Shown here piece after piece: positions 37,116 to 45,645 of a DNA stretch of 64,000 nucleotides. The stretch spans positions 462-64,461 of IMG/VR virus record IMGVR_UViG_3300011115_000233. One strand, given 5' to 3'. The DNA is from a virus. Taxonomy: Duplodnaviria; Caudoviricetes. Position 1 is the stretch's first letter; each line of letters begins with the position of its first letter. Under the pieces are notes generated by a model. That model ran no database searches. It worked only from the letters and a program-made list of their open reading frames with translations, and was not told the origin of the DNA. A program made the position numbers and the translations under genes.

Positions 37116-38009
37116 ATGATGGACTACAACAACTACGAATATATCGAACTCGTCGGCTACAAGAACGTATTCAGGCGTGAGCATAAGTCGATGGTTAACC
37201 CAAACGCGCAACCGGCTGTGCTGCATCCCATCCTTGTGCCGTTCATAGATGCGCTAATAGAGAAGCGCCCCAAGTGGAAGTTTGTGGCTACGCAGCGACA
37301 GGGTATGGTCAGACTCGACGACGGGACACCTGCGCCTTCGTATAGCTTTCTCAAAGTCTACGACAGCAACGAGATACTGGGGGAGATCGACTTCAGTTAC
37401 ACCTACCGTAACAACGAGAGCCAGACTAGCTACGCCTATGACAACGAGAGGCTGGCTGCGAAGCGGCAGCGTGGAAGCTGGACCAAGACGACAAAGCTGG
37501 ACAAGGCAGTCAAGGACGTTCTCAAGGCATTCCGCCCGAAGGACACAACCGAGATTGTGCGGGACCGGATGAAGCTTGTGGGTAGCACCGTGAACAATAC
37601 GGTGGATGCAGAAGCCCGCAACTTTGGCTTCGCGTATGGCAGGCTGAACGGGCAGATGACTAACTTTGTTATGTCTAACTGGGCGATGCTTTCCTCTATG
37701 ATGCTAGAAGCAGGTCTCCAATTCGACCCTACGCTACCTGAACTTTACGAAGCCGCCGAGGTGGCTAAGGCTATGGGGGAATCCATCGGGCAAAACGGAA
37801 GTGGCCTGTCCATAATCGTGCGACCCAACGATTATCTTGTAGTGCGCACATCTGGTGATGTAGAGATAAAGACATCGGAGGAACTGCCACCCGAAGTGCG
37901 ACGCAAACTGGGTATGCTCAAGCTGACGGAGGTTAAGCAGTATATCCCCGACATGGGTATCCGCTGTGCGGAAGACACCTACTTTATTACCGGAAAGGAC
38001 ATGATGTGA
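37116..38009 (+). CDS. Hypothetical protein
   Basis: 297 aa; RBS AAGGAGCAA. Confidence 0.7.
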   Translation: MMDYNNYEYIELVGYKNVFRREHKSMVNPNAQPAVLHPILVPFIDALIEKRPKWKFVATQRQGMVRLDDGTPAPSYSFLKVYDSNEILGEIDFSYTYRNNESQTSYAYDNERLAAKRQRGSWTKTTKLDKAVKDVLKAFRPKDTTEIVRDRMKLVGSTVNNTVDAEARNFGFAYGRLNGQMTNFVMSNWAMLSSMMLEAGLQFDPTLPELYEAAEVAKAMGESIGQNGSGLSIIVRPNDYLVVRTSGDVEIKTSEELPPEVRRKLGMLKLTEVKQYIPDMGIRCAEDTYFITGKDMM

Positions 38010-38182
38010 CTGAAGAAACAAAACGCTATCGCGGACAACGCGGGCCGGGCAAGCGCCCTGCCATGACCCTTACGAACTTGCGACTGCGGACGGATGTTCT
38101 CGACTTCTACAAGACGCACCCTAGCTACACGGCGAAGATGCGTGAAGTCCTAACAGAGTATGCAGAAGCCAACAAATCCTAG
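38006..38182 (+). CDS. BrnA-antitoxin-like ribbon-helix-helix DNA-binding protein (58 aa)
   Basis: Not in track; GTG start overlaps the upstream stop; RGPGKRPAM..TNLRLRTDVLDFYK....YTAKMREVL. Confidence 0.65.
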   Translation: MTEETKRYRGQRGPGKRPAMTLTNLRLRTDVLDFYKTHPSYTAKMREVLTEYAEANKS

Positions 38183-38211
38183 ACCCAGTTACTCCTAACT
38201 TGGTTAGAACT

Positions 38212-38240
38212 GACCGCCCTTCGGGGCGGTCTTTTTTTTG
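38212..38240 (+). terminator. Rho-independent terminator ending the early operon
   Basis: GACCGCCC-TTCG-GGGCGGTC-T8. Confidence 0.9.
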
Positions 38241-38249
38241 TTTTGACGT

Positions 38250-38277
38250 TTGACAATGTAAAAGTGCGGTGTATGTT
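38250..38277 (+). promoter_or_regulatory. Promoter of the replication operon
   Basis: TTGACA-N16-TATGTT immediately after the terminator. Confidence 0.55.
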
Positions 38278-38302
38278 GGGGGGCCTAACAAGGAGCAACC
38301 CA

Positions 38303-38623
38303 ATGGCAAAGACCCCTGAAAAAGTGGTCAAGGATAAAGTCGTCTCCGTTCTAAAGAGCGAGGGCGTCTACTATTTTTTCCCCGCAACGCACGGCTACGG
38401 ACGCAGCGGCGTCCCTGATGTTATCGCCTGTGTGAATGGCCACTTCCTTGCCATTGAGTGCAAGGCAAACGGTAACAAGCCGACCGCCCTTCAAATCCAT
38501 GAGATCGAAAAAATCCGTGCGTGTAACGGCGTAGCCGTGGTGGTCGATGAGACCAACTGGGAGATGGTGCGCGACCTAGTGCGGAAGCTCAAGGCGGTTA
38601 CTGTCATAGGAGAAATAATATGA
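38303..38623 (+). CDS. VRR-NUC domain nuclease / Holliday junction resolvase
   Basis: PEK.VK, GVPDVIAC, FLAIECKA, KPTALQ. Confidence 0.85.
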   Translation: MAKTPEKVVKDKVVSVLKSEGVYYFFPATHGYGRSGVPDVIACVNGHFLAIECKANGNKPTALQIHEIEKIRACNGVAVVVDETNWEMVRDLVRKLKAVTVIGEII

Positions 38624-38751
38624 AGAAATGGATCGCACAGCGCCTGATCCTTTTGGCAATCTGGCTCGATGTTGAGACGGTGGTTTACGCATCCATCGAC
38701 ATCTTCAAGGCGTTGCTCGAATACGCAGAAAAGGAGGAAGGTAATGGCTGA
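38620..38751 (+). CDS. Small hypothetical protein (43 aa)
   Basis: Not in track; ATGA overlap, RBS AGGAG. Confidence 0.45.
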   Translation: MKKWIAQRLILLAIWLDVETVVYASIDIFKALLEYAEKEEGNG

Positions 38752-38825
38752 CCTACCACTGTTCTTCGTAATCATCGCAATTGTGGTCACGACCGTCTAC
38801 CTGATCGTCACGAATGGAGATGCAA

Positions 38826-39089
38826 ATGACTGACACACCACCGGACTGGGTGCTGATCGAAGCCGCGAAGCGGTGCGGGTGGGAGTGTGGCACCGCCGAA
38901 CTCTACTATGATAACCCCGTATACGGCGCTCTCTGCGACATGATCGCCAAGCACGAACAGAAGCCGGTTGATCGCAAGCTGCTGTGTGTGGAGCAAGCGA
39001 GGCATGAGTTTGGGTGGGATAAGGGCTGGATGGGGACGAGTGCCTGCATCCGCGCCATCGAACTTTATTTGGAAGGATATGGAGAATGA
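38826..39089 (+). CDS. Hypothetical protein
   Basis: Coupled ORF (MTDTPPDWVLIEAAKR). Confidence 0.55.
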   Translation: MTDTPPDWVLIEAAKRCGWECGTAELYYDNPVYGALCDMIAKHEQKPVDRKLLCVEQARHEFGWDKGWMGTSACIRAIELYLEGYGE

Positions 39090-39385
39090 CTAAGAACTTT
39101 AACAATCTTATTGAGGCTCTTGAAGAACGCGCAGAGATTTTGCGTGCAGAAAATGAAGCGGATTTGCTTTGGGTGTTGCTGGATGACGCAGCAGATGCAC
39201 TTAAGATTTCGAGTGGCCAGCGGCATCTTGACCGCCTCTTGTCACATGGAACCGCTGACCGTCTCACTGAAACCCTTGACCGTTTAACATTCATCAACAA
39301 CATCATCGACAGCGACCCTGATGTGTCCCGTCAATGGATATATACCGAGATCGAACAGCTTTTGTCGGGAAAAAATAATGACTGA
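39086..39385 (+). CDS. Hypothetical protein
   Basis: Coupled ORF, RBS GGAG. Confidence 0.55.
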   Translation: MTKNFNNLIEALEERAEILRAENEADLLWVLLDDAADALKISSGQRHLDRLLSHGTADRLTETLDRLTFINNIIDSDPDVSRQWIYTEIEQLLSGKNND

Positions 39386-39659
39386 CGACGACAAGGCGCT
39401 GGTAGAGCGTCTGCGGGGCGACTTGCCCGATAAGAAGGTGGAGAGCCACTGGATTACGGATTACACCGCTGTTGAGATGCAGAACCGTGAAGCCGCCGAC
39501 CGCATCGAAGCCCAAGCGGCAGAGATTGAGCGGCTGCGGGAGCATTTGGAAATATGGATATTCCACAATCAGCGGGCGATGGGGCAGAAGCCTGACGATG
39601 CCCGCGCCTATGCCAAGGCTTGGCTTTTCCGCAATGCAGGTGGGGAGGAACCGGAATGA
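39378..39659 (+). CDS. Hypothetical protein
   Basis: LVERLR...EAADRIEAQAAEIERLR, a common phage motif. Confidence 0.55.
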   Translation: MTDDDKALVERLRGDLPDKKVESHWITDYTAVEMQNREAADRIEAQAAEIERLREHLEIWIFHNQRAMGQKPDDARAYAKAWLFRNAGGEEPE

Positions 39660-39985
39660 CCGACAGGACAAAAGCAATGGACAGCCTGATTGCACAGGAC
39701 GCAGACTTGATCGACGTACCATCAAGGGTGACGGAGGCAGATCGTGAAGTGCTTATCCGCCTCAGCAATCCAGATGACGAAACTGCCCAGCGTATTCGGC
39801 GCGGCCTGATCTATACGTGGGAGGCTAGGCAGATCGCCAATCACCGCGAACAGGCAGCAGCAGAGGAGCGCGCCAAGATCGTGGCGTATCTCCTGAACGA
39901 GCAGCGGGAATACCCCCGCACTGAATACTCAGGGTTCGCAGCGATGATCGCGGAAATGATAAGCGCAAAGGAGCATTTAAAATGA
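39656..39985 (+). CDS. Hypothetical protein
   Basis: ATGA-coupled ORF. Confidence 0.55.
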   Translation: MTDRTKAMDSLIAQDADLIDVPSRVTEADREVLIRLSNPDDETAQRIRRGLIYTWEARQIANHREQAAAEERAKIVAYLLNEQREYPRTEYSGFAAMIAEMISAKEHLK

Positions 39986-40164
39986 TGATCGAGATAGACC
40001 CATCCATGCTCGATGGTCTTGTCCGCGCATGGCTTAAAGATACGCTCAAGACGTTAGAGATGAACCTTGCCCATGAGTACGTTCACCCAGACGACGAGAA
40101 GATGTACAAGAAAGACATCAAGGCCATCAAGCGGGTGCTGGATTATGTGGGTGAGGCGATATGA
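39982..40164 (+). CDS. Hypothetical protein
   Basis: 60 aa; RBS AAGGAGCA. Confidence 0.55.
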   Translation: MMIEIDPSMLDGLVRAWLKDTLKTLEMNLAHEYVHPDDEKMYKKDIKAIKRVLDYVGEAI

Positions 40165-41981
40165 ACGTCATCACCATTGACTTCGAGACCTACTACGACC
40201 AGCAATACTCCCTGTCCAAGATGACAACGGAGGAATACATCCGTGACGAGCGCTTTGAGGCTATTGGCGTAGCGGTTAAGGTCAATGGTGGCGAGACGCA
40301 GTGGTTCAGTGGGACCAAAGTAAAAACCAAAGAGTGGCTGGACCAATTCCCGTGGGACGATGCCGTGGCCGTGGCGCATAACGCTGTGTTCGACATGGCT
40401 ATCCTTAACTGGCATTTCGACATCCGACCCAAGCGCATTGTGGATACTCTATCTATGGCACGAGCCATACACGGCACGGAAGTGGGCGGTAGCCTCAAGG
40501 CGCTGGCGACTCATTACCAGTTGGGAGCGAAAGGCACTGAGGTGTCCAACGCGCTAGGTAAACGGCGACTAGATTTCACACCGGAGGAACTGGCCCGCTA
40601 TGGGGAATACTGCGTCAACGATGTAGACCTCACCCATAAGTTATTTGAGCGGCTTGCTGCGGGCTTCCCGCTGCTAGAGTTGCGGCTGATCGACCTGACC
40701 ATACGCATGTTCTCTGAGCCTGTGCTGGAACTGGATAGGTGGTCATTGGTGGCTCATCTAGCCAAGGTGAAGGACACGAAGAACCAGCTACTGGGTAAGG
40801 CGCTAGTGGACAAGGCGGACATTATGTCCAACCCGAAGCTGGCCGACCTGCTGCGCAAATGTGGCGTGGAGCCACCGATGAAGATCAGCCCTACCACTGG
40901 CAAAGAAGCGTTCGCCTTCGCTAAGTCGGACGAGGCATTTAAGGAGTTATTGGAGCATGAGAACCCTGTCGTTCAAGCGATTGTGGCGGCGCGTCTTGGT
41001 GTCAAGTCTACGCTGGAAGAGACGCGCACTCAGCGGTTCATTGATATTGCCAACCGTGGGACCCTGCCCATCCCCCTACGTTACTATGCAGCGCACACCG
41101 GACGCTGGGGAGGCGACGACAAGGTCAACATGCAAAACCTCCCACGGAAGTCGCCGCTAAAGAAAGCTGTGCTGGCACCCAAAGGCTATACCTTTATCGA
41201 CTGCGATAGCAGCCAGATCGAAGCGCGCACCTTGGCGTGGCTGGCAGGGCAGAATGATTTGGTTGAAGCATTTGATAGGGGGGAAGATGTGTACAAGATC
41301 ATGGCGTCCGCTATCTACGGTAAGCCGGTCGAAGAAATCTCGGACGACGAGCGGTTCGTCGGGAAAACCACCATCCTCGGTGCCGGATACGGCATGGGAG
41401 CAGCAAAGTTCAAAGCCCAGCTAAAGACATTCAACGTCGATATGGAACTAGAAGAGTGTGAGCGTATCATTCGGGTGTATCGTGAAACCTACCCCAAGAT
41501 ACCAGAGTTGTGGCGTGAGGCTGGCGATGCGCTGGATGCAATGGCTAACAATCAGACGGCACCACTGGGACTGGCCGGTGTGCTTACGGTGTGCGGTACA
41601 GACGGTATCAAGCTGCCCAATGGGCTAAGCCTCAAGTACCCTAACCTGCGCTGGGTATATAACGAGAAGAACAAGCCGGAAATGCTCTACGATCAGAAGA
41701 AGGGCAAAGCCGTCATCCCTACCCGCATCTACGGTGGGAAAGCAGTTGAGAATATCTGCCAAGCACTGGCCCGCATCGTGATCGGTGAGCAGATGTTGAT
41801 GATCGCACGGCGCTACCGTGTGGTGATGACCGTGCATGACGCCGTGGGGAGCCTTGCTCCTACGGAAGAAGCTGAAGAGGCACGGAAGCATGTCGAAGCG
41901 TGTATGCGTATTCGGCCAAAATGGGCGGCGCAATTGCCGCTGAATTGTGAGAGCAAGATGGGAGCAAGCTATGGCGGGTAG
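40161..41981 (+). CDS. polA: DNA polymerase, family A, with 3'-5' exonuclease
   Basis: DFET (ExoI), HNAVFD (ExoII), YCVNDV (ExoIII), HTGRW, DSSQIEAR (motif A), KTTILGAGYG (motif B), TVHD (motif C). Confidence 0.93.
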   Translation: MNVITIDFETYYDQQYSLSKMTTEEYIRDERFEAIGVAVKVNGGETQWFSGTKVKTKEWLDQFPWDDAVAVAHNAVFDMAILNWHFDIRPKRIVDTLSMARAIHGTEVGGSLKALATHYQLGAKGTEVSNALGKRRLDFTPEELARYGEYCVNDVDLTHKLFERLAAGFPLLELRLIDLTIRMFSEPVLELDRWSLVAHLAKVKDTKNQLLGKALVDKADIMSNPKLADLLRKCGVEPPMKISPTTGKEAFAFAKSDEAFKELLEHENPVVQAIVAARLGVKSTLEETRTQRFIDIANRGTLPIPLRYYAAHTGRWGGDDKVNMQNLPRKSPLKKAVLAPKGYTFIDCDSSQIEARTLAWLAGQNDLVEAFDRGEDVYKIMASAIYGKPVEEISDDERFVGKTTILGAGYGMGAAKFKAQLKTFNVDMELEECERIIRVYRETYPKIPELWREAGDALDAMANNQTAPLGLAGVLTVCGTDGIKLPNGLSLKYPNLRWVYNEKNKPEMLYDQKKGKAVIPTRIYGGKAVENICQALARIVIGEQMLMIARRYRVVMTVHDAVGSLAPTEEAEEARKHVEACMRIRPKWAAQLPLNCESKMGASYGG

Positions 41982-42414
41982 ACCAAAATACGAAAGCGCG
42001 GCTGACCGTGGGAACCAGTATTATGTCCTTAGTAAGTTAGAACGAGCATTTGGTGTGGCAGCAGCGCACCTACCCACTGAGGAATATGCGTTCTACGATG
42101 GGGTATTCACCATTGGCGGTACCAAGTGCGTGGTCGAGGTAAAGGTTAGGAAGAACGAACGTAGCCGATACCCTACGTACATGCTTAGTAAGATGAAATA
42201 CGATACGCTGTGTAGTGTAACCAAGCAGGGGGCGGACGCCCTTTTAGCAGTCCAATGGACTGACCAGCTTGGTGTTATCCAACTACCAACTGAGCATACT
42301 GTTAGCACTGGTGGCCGGTATGACCGGAACGACCCACGGGATGTAGAACAGGTAGTCCTCATACCAGTTAATAAATTCAAACGAGTACCAGAACAGGAGC
42401 AAAACGATGAGTGA
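41971..42414 (+). CDS. PD-(D/E)xK nuclease-like protein
   Basis: YD...VEVKVR motif. Confidence 0.55.
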   Translation: MAGRPKYESAADRGNQYYVLSKLERAFGVAAAHLPTEEYAFYDGVFTIGGTKCVVEVKVRKNERSRYPTYMLSKMKYDTLCSVTKQGADALLAVQWTDQLGVIQLPTEHTVSTGGRYDRNDPRDVEQVVLIPVNKFKRVPEQEQNDE

Positions 42415-42895
42415 ACCACACGCGGTAGTAAAGCTACTGGTAGCGCGGATGGAAAGCCATCCAGAAGAATTTGAGCGTAGCTTGGAAAGCCGCTGGTATG
42501 ACACCATAGGTGAAATAAACGCATGGGGTAACGAGGCCGACAAGGCTGCAATTGCCGTAGGCCTACGCGAAATCCGGCTTAGAGAAGCCCATGAAGATGC
42601 GATGGACGAACTGCTCAACGGCCCCGAACGCCGCCGCAAGCAGGCGGAAGAAGCTGAGTACGAGCGTAACCTGATTATGCAGCAAGCAAGGGCGCAGCGG
42701 AACACATCCATTCAGCAGCAAGCAGCGCAGTCTTATGCACAGCAATATCAGAACGCCGCAAGGGCATTCACTCCGGGCTTTCCTATTACGCCGCTAACCA
42801 CCACGGGTACCACCTCGATGGCGAACGCCCTGCAACTGGGCAGCGAGAAGCTGGACGAAACCCTACTTAAGAAACTGAAAGGACTGATTAAATGA
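42407..42895 (+). CDS. Hypothetical protein
   Basis: LLVARMESHPEEF motif; RBS AGGAGCAAA. Confidence 0.6.
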   Translation: MSEPHAVVKLLVARMESHPEEFERSLESRWYDTIGEINAWGNEADKAAIAVGLREIRLREAHEDAMDELLNGPERRRKQAEEAEYERNLIMQQARAQRNTSIQQQAAQSYAQQYQNAARAFTPGFPITPLTTTGTTSMANALQLGSEKLDETLLKKLKGLIK

Positions 42896-43071
42896 TGGAC
42901 TATTTTATCGTGGCTGTGCTTGTCGCCATTTGTATGGCGTGTTTGATGGCCTCATGGATTATTAGTGAAGGGCGGCTTGCAAGCCTTAAAGCCGAAAACG
43001 AGCGCCTGAACCAGAAGCTGCAACGCCACAACCCCCGTGATGCACGTGGGCGTTTCACAAAGGATAAGTAA
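42892..43071 (+). CDS. Small membrane-anchored protein (59 aa)
   Basis: Not in track; N-terminal TM helix, coiled coil, PRDARGRF. Confidence 0.5.
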   Translation: MMDYFIVAVLVAICMACLMASWIISEGRLASLKAENERLNQKLQRHNPRDARGRFTKDK

Positions 43072-43232
43072 TGGGAAAGCCAAAGGGCAAAGCCAAGACT
43101 GCCGCTGGGCAGATCAAGGTCATTCCGAAGCGGGCACCGTTCCGCAAGGTGTGCAGCACCTGTCGCTCAAGCTGGCTGGGTGATCTAGTCTATAGCTGTG
43201 GTCACGATACAATCACAGAGCAGGACATCTAA
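43071..43232 (+). CDS. Small basic Cys-containing protein (53 aa)
   Basis: Not in track; CSTC...SCGH; TAATG coupling on both sides. Confidence 0.5.
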   Translation: MGKPKGKAKTAAGQIKVIPKRAPFRKVCSTCRSSWLGDLVYSCGHDTITEQDI

Positions 43233-43408
43233 TGCCATTCATAAGGAGGGGGGTGTTCAAGTGGACACCCGAACTGGAAGCCAAGCTGATCGGCCTGTTC
43301 GACTATGGTCTTAGGGCTACTGACGTAGCTGAACAGATGGGCATCACCATCGCTGCCGCCGAGGCGCGGTATCGCAAACTTAAGAAAGCACAGCAAAATG
43401 ACGGATGA
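43232..43408 (+). CDS. Small HTH protein, GcrA/Myb-like
   Basis: Not in track; WTPELEAKLIGLFDYGLRATDVAEQMGITIAAAEARYRKL. Confidence 0.55.
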   Translation: MPFIRRGVFKWTPELEAKLIGLFDYGLRATDVAEQMGITIAAAEARYRKLKKAQQNDG

Positions 43409-44159
43409 AATTAAACGCCCCAAGATCATGATCGCCACCCCTATGTATGGCGGGATGTGCACGGGGATGTATGTGATGGGCTTGCTTACCACCATGAGTA
43501 AGATGCGCGAACTGGGTGTCCAAGTGCGTTGGTCGCACATGACTAATGAGAGCCTTATCACCCGCGCACGTAACGAACTGGCCCGCGCCTTTTTGGCTAC
43601 AGATAACGATTACCTTATGTTCATTGACGCCGACATCGGGTTTGATGGGGAAGCTGTGGCTCAGTTGCTAGCTGTAGACGATGACATCGTGTGCGGCATC
43701 TACCCCAAGAAGGGCATTAACTGGGATAGCGTGAAGCGCGCTGCCCAATTGAACCAAAAAGACATCGCTGATTACGCAGGTGACTTTGTGTTTAACATGG
43801 TGGGGGACAAACATGCCGAGACTGACGAGCGTGGTGTCGTTGAAGTACGGCACGGCGGCACGGGCTTTATGCTCATCAAGCGTGGGGTATTCGATTACCT
43901 TGCGCCGCACGTACCGACCTATCGTGTTTCCTCAGAGCAAGACCCTGAAACTGGGGAATATGTGAAGCCGCTGACGCATGAGTTCTTTGCTACCAGCATC
44001 GACCATACCGGTGCTCTGCTGTCGGAAGATTACCACTTCTGCGAACTGTTTCGTAAACATGGAGGGAAGATTTACGCGCATCCCTTCGTAAAGCTGGAGC
44101 ATGTGGGCACACATGTCTTTGGCGGTGACATCCTAAAGTCGCGTAGCAATCTCAAGTAA
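43398..44159 (+). CDS. Glycosyltransferase-like protein (GT-A fold)
   Basis: IATPMYGG, NESLITRARN, FIDAD (DxD), GTGFMLIKR, LSEDYHFC. Confidence 0.7.
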   Translation: MTDEIKRPKIMIATPMYGGMCTGMYVMGLLTTMSKMRELGVQVRWSHMTNESLITRARNELARAFLATDNDYLMFIDADIGFDGEAVAQLLAVDDDIVCGIYPKKGINWDSVKRAAQLNQKDIADYAGDFVFNMVGDKHAETDERGVVEVRHGGTGFMLIKRGVFDYLAPHVPTYRVSSEQDPETGEYVKPLTHEFFATSIDHTGALLSEDYHFCELFRKHGGKIYAHPFVKLEHVGTHVFGGDILKSRSNLK

Positions 44160-44170
44160 GGAGCAACACA

Positions 44171-44674
44171 ATGGTTAAAAAGAAACTAGGATACGGCCAA
44201 AAGGCCACCGCTATCATGGAACTGCTGAATGCCGACCCTACGGCTACAGACAAGGCTATCGCTCGACGCCTTGGGTGCAACTCCAACTACGTCTACTCAC
44301 TGCGCAAGAAGATGGCGCACAGGGCGGCAGAGGAAACACCGCAGGCCAAAGTGAAGGAAGCATTTCCCGACTTCGCCCACATGCTATCGCAGGGTAAGGA
44401 GCGGAATGTCGATGCAATCCTCGATGAGCGCGCTTCCAGCTACGGAAGTTTTATCGACCTAGCGCGCATCGCACAGCGGTTGAAGAACACGGCGCATCAG
44501 TTTTGCTCAGACAATGAAAAGCGGTTTGATGTCGATCAGGCTGAGGCACTGGACATGATTTTCTCCAAACTTGCCCGCATCCTGAACGGCGATCCAAACC
44601 ATGCTGATAGCTGGATTGACATTGCTGGCTATGCTAAGCTGGTCTCTGATCGTCTAGAAGGAAAGAGCAGGTAA
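44171..44674 (+). CDS. HTH plus DUF6378-like protein
   Basis: N-terminal HTH; LDER...YGSF...KLARILNGDPNHADSWIDIAGYA. Confidence 0.7.
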   Translation: MVKKKLGYGQKATAIMELLNADPTATDKAIARRLGCNSNYVYSLRKKMAHRAAEETPQAKVKEAFPDFAHMLSQGKERNVDAILDERASSYGSFIDLARIAQRLKNTAHQFCSDNEKRFDVDQAEALDMIFSKLARILNGDPNHADSWIDIAGYAKLVSDRLEGKSR

Positions 44675-44675
44675 C

Positions 44676-45347
44676 ATGACAGCGTGGTCCTATAGTAGCA
44701 TTAAGACCTTCGACCAGTGCCCGAAGAAGTACTTTCACCTTAAGGTTGTAAAGGACGTTAAGGATACGCCGGGAGAGGCTGCTGACTATGGGACCGCAGT
44801 CCATGAAGCTGCCGAGTTGTTCATCAAAGATGGCACCCCGATACCGGCTAAGTTTGGTTACATGAAACCCATCGTGGAGTCTCTTGCCGGTATCGACGGT
44901 GAAAAGTACACCGAGTTGAAGCTGGGTGTCACCAAGACGGATGCTGGTTACGAGCCGTGCAGCTTCTTCGCCAAGAATGTCTGGTGGCGTGGCATCGTCG
45001 ATCTGGTCATCATCAATGGGCACAAGGCTTACATGGTGGACTACAAGACGGGTAAGAGCGCTAAGTATGCTGATACCAAGCAGCTTGACCTGATGGCGGG
45101 CGCGTTGTTCGTGCATTATCCGGGACTTAAAGTGATTAAGTCTGCTCTAGCATATGTAGTGAGCAACGAATTTATCAGAAAGGTCCATGTCCGAGAGGAG
45201 ATGGATACATACCTAACCGTGTTCGCCGACGAACTGGGCCGCTTGGAACATGCCGAACTCAGTGGCGTGTGGAACCCCAAGAGTGGCCCTTTATGTGGCT
45301 GGTGCCCTGTGGTAGAATGCGAACACCACCGCCCACGGAGACGATAA
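44676..45347 (+). CDS. Cas4/RecB-like PD-(D/E)xK exonuclease
   Basis: WSYS..F.QCP, GTAVH, GIVDL, VDYKTGK, QL, C.WCP..C. Confidence 0.85.
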   Translation: MTAWSYSSIKTFDQCPKKYFHLKVVKDVKDTPGEAADYGTAVHEAAELFIKDGTPIPAKFGYMKPIVESLAGIDGEKYTELKLGVTKTDAGYEPCSFFAKNVWWRGIVDLVIINGHKAYMVDYKTGKSAKYADTKQLDLMAGALFVHYPGLKVIKSALAYVVSNEFIRKVHVREEMDTYLTVFADELGRLEHAELSGVWNPKSGPLCGWCPVVECEHHRPRRR

Positions 45348-45625
45348 TGGCCCGCGACTATAAGAAGGAAGCCAAGTACGAAGCCCAGCCACAGCAGGTG
45401 AAGAACCGCGTGGCGCGCAACGCAGCACGGCGCAAGCTTATGAAGGAAGGCAAGGTTCACAAGGGCGACGGCATGGATGTCGCGCACGTAAAAGCTTTCG
45501 ATAAGGGTGGTAGCAATAAGAACGGAGTGCGTGTAGAAAGCGCCTCAGCCAACCGCTCGTTCAAACGGGACAGCAAGAAGAACCTTGTGTCTGAAACCAG
45601 CAAGCGGGAACGCAAAAAGAAGTAA
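45347..45625 (+). CDS. Small basic HNH-like protein
   Basis: MARDYKKE..RN.ARR..KGDG.DVAH...GGSN...NRS. Confidence 0.65.
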   Translation: MARDYKKEAKYEAQPQQVKNRVARNAARRKLMKEGKVHKGDGMDVAHVKAFDKGGSNKNGVRVESASANRSFKRDSKKNLVSETSKRERKKK

Positions 45626-45645
45626 CTCATAGGTGGAGATACACC

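Larger units (their letters stand above)
28267..38207. repeat. Dispersed 13-bp palindrome CTAAC-N3-GTTAG (operator-like)
   Basis: Perfect copies at 28267, 29204, 29976, 30378, 30502, 30977, 32289, 32843, 33409, 34120, 35692, 38195; one-mismatch copies at 31851, 34890, 36214, 36778, 37660. Confidence 0.85.

Noticed and set aside
28267-38207. CTAAC-N3-GTTAG as host CtrA boxes
   Set aside because: CtrA consensus is TTAA-N7-TTAA, which does not match this 5-3-5 palindrome.
44676-45347. Cas4 as evidence of a CRISPR-Cas system
   Set aside because: Stand-alone Cas4-like exonucleases are routine in phage replication modules; no cas1/cas2 or array.
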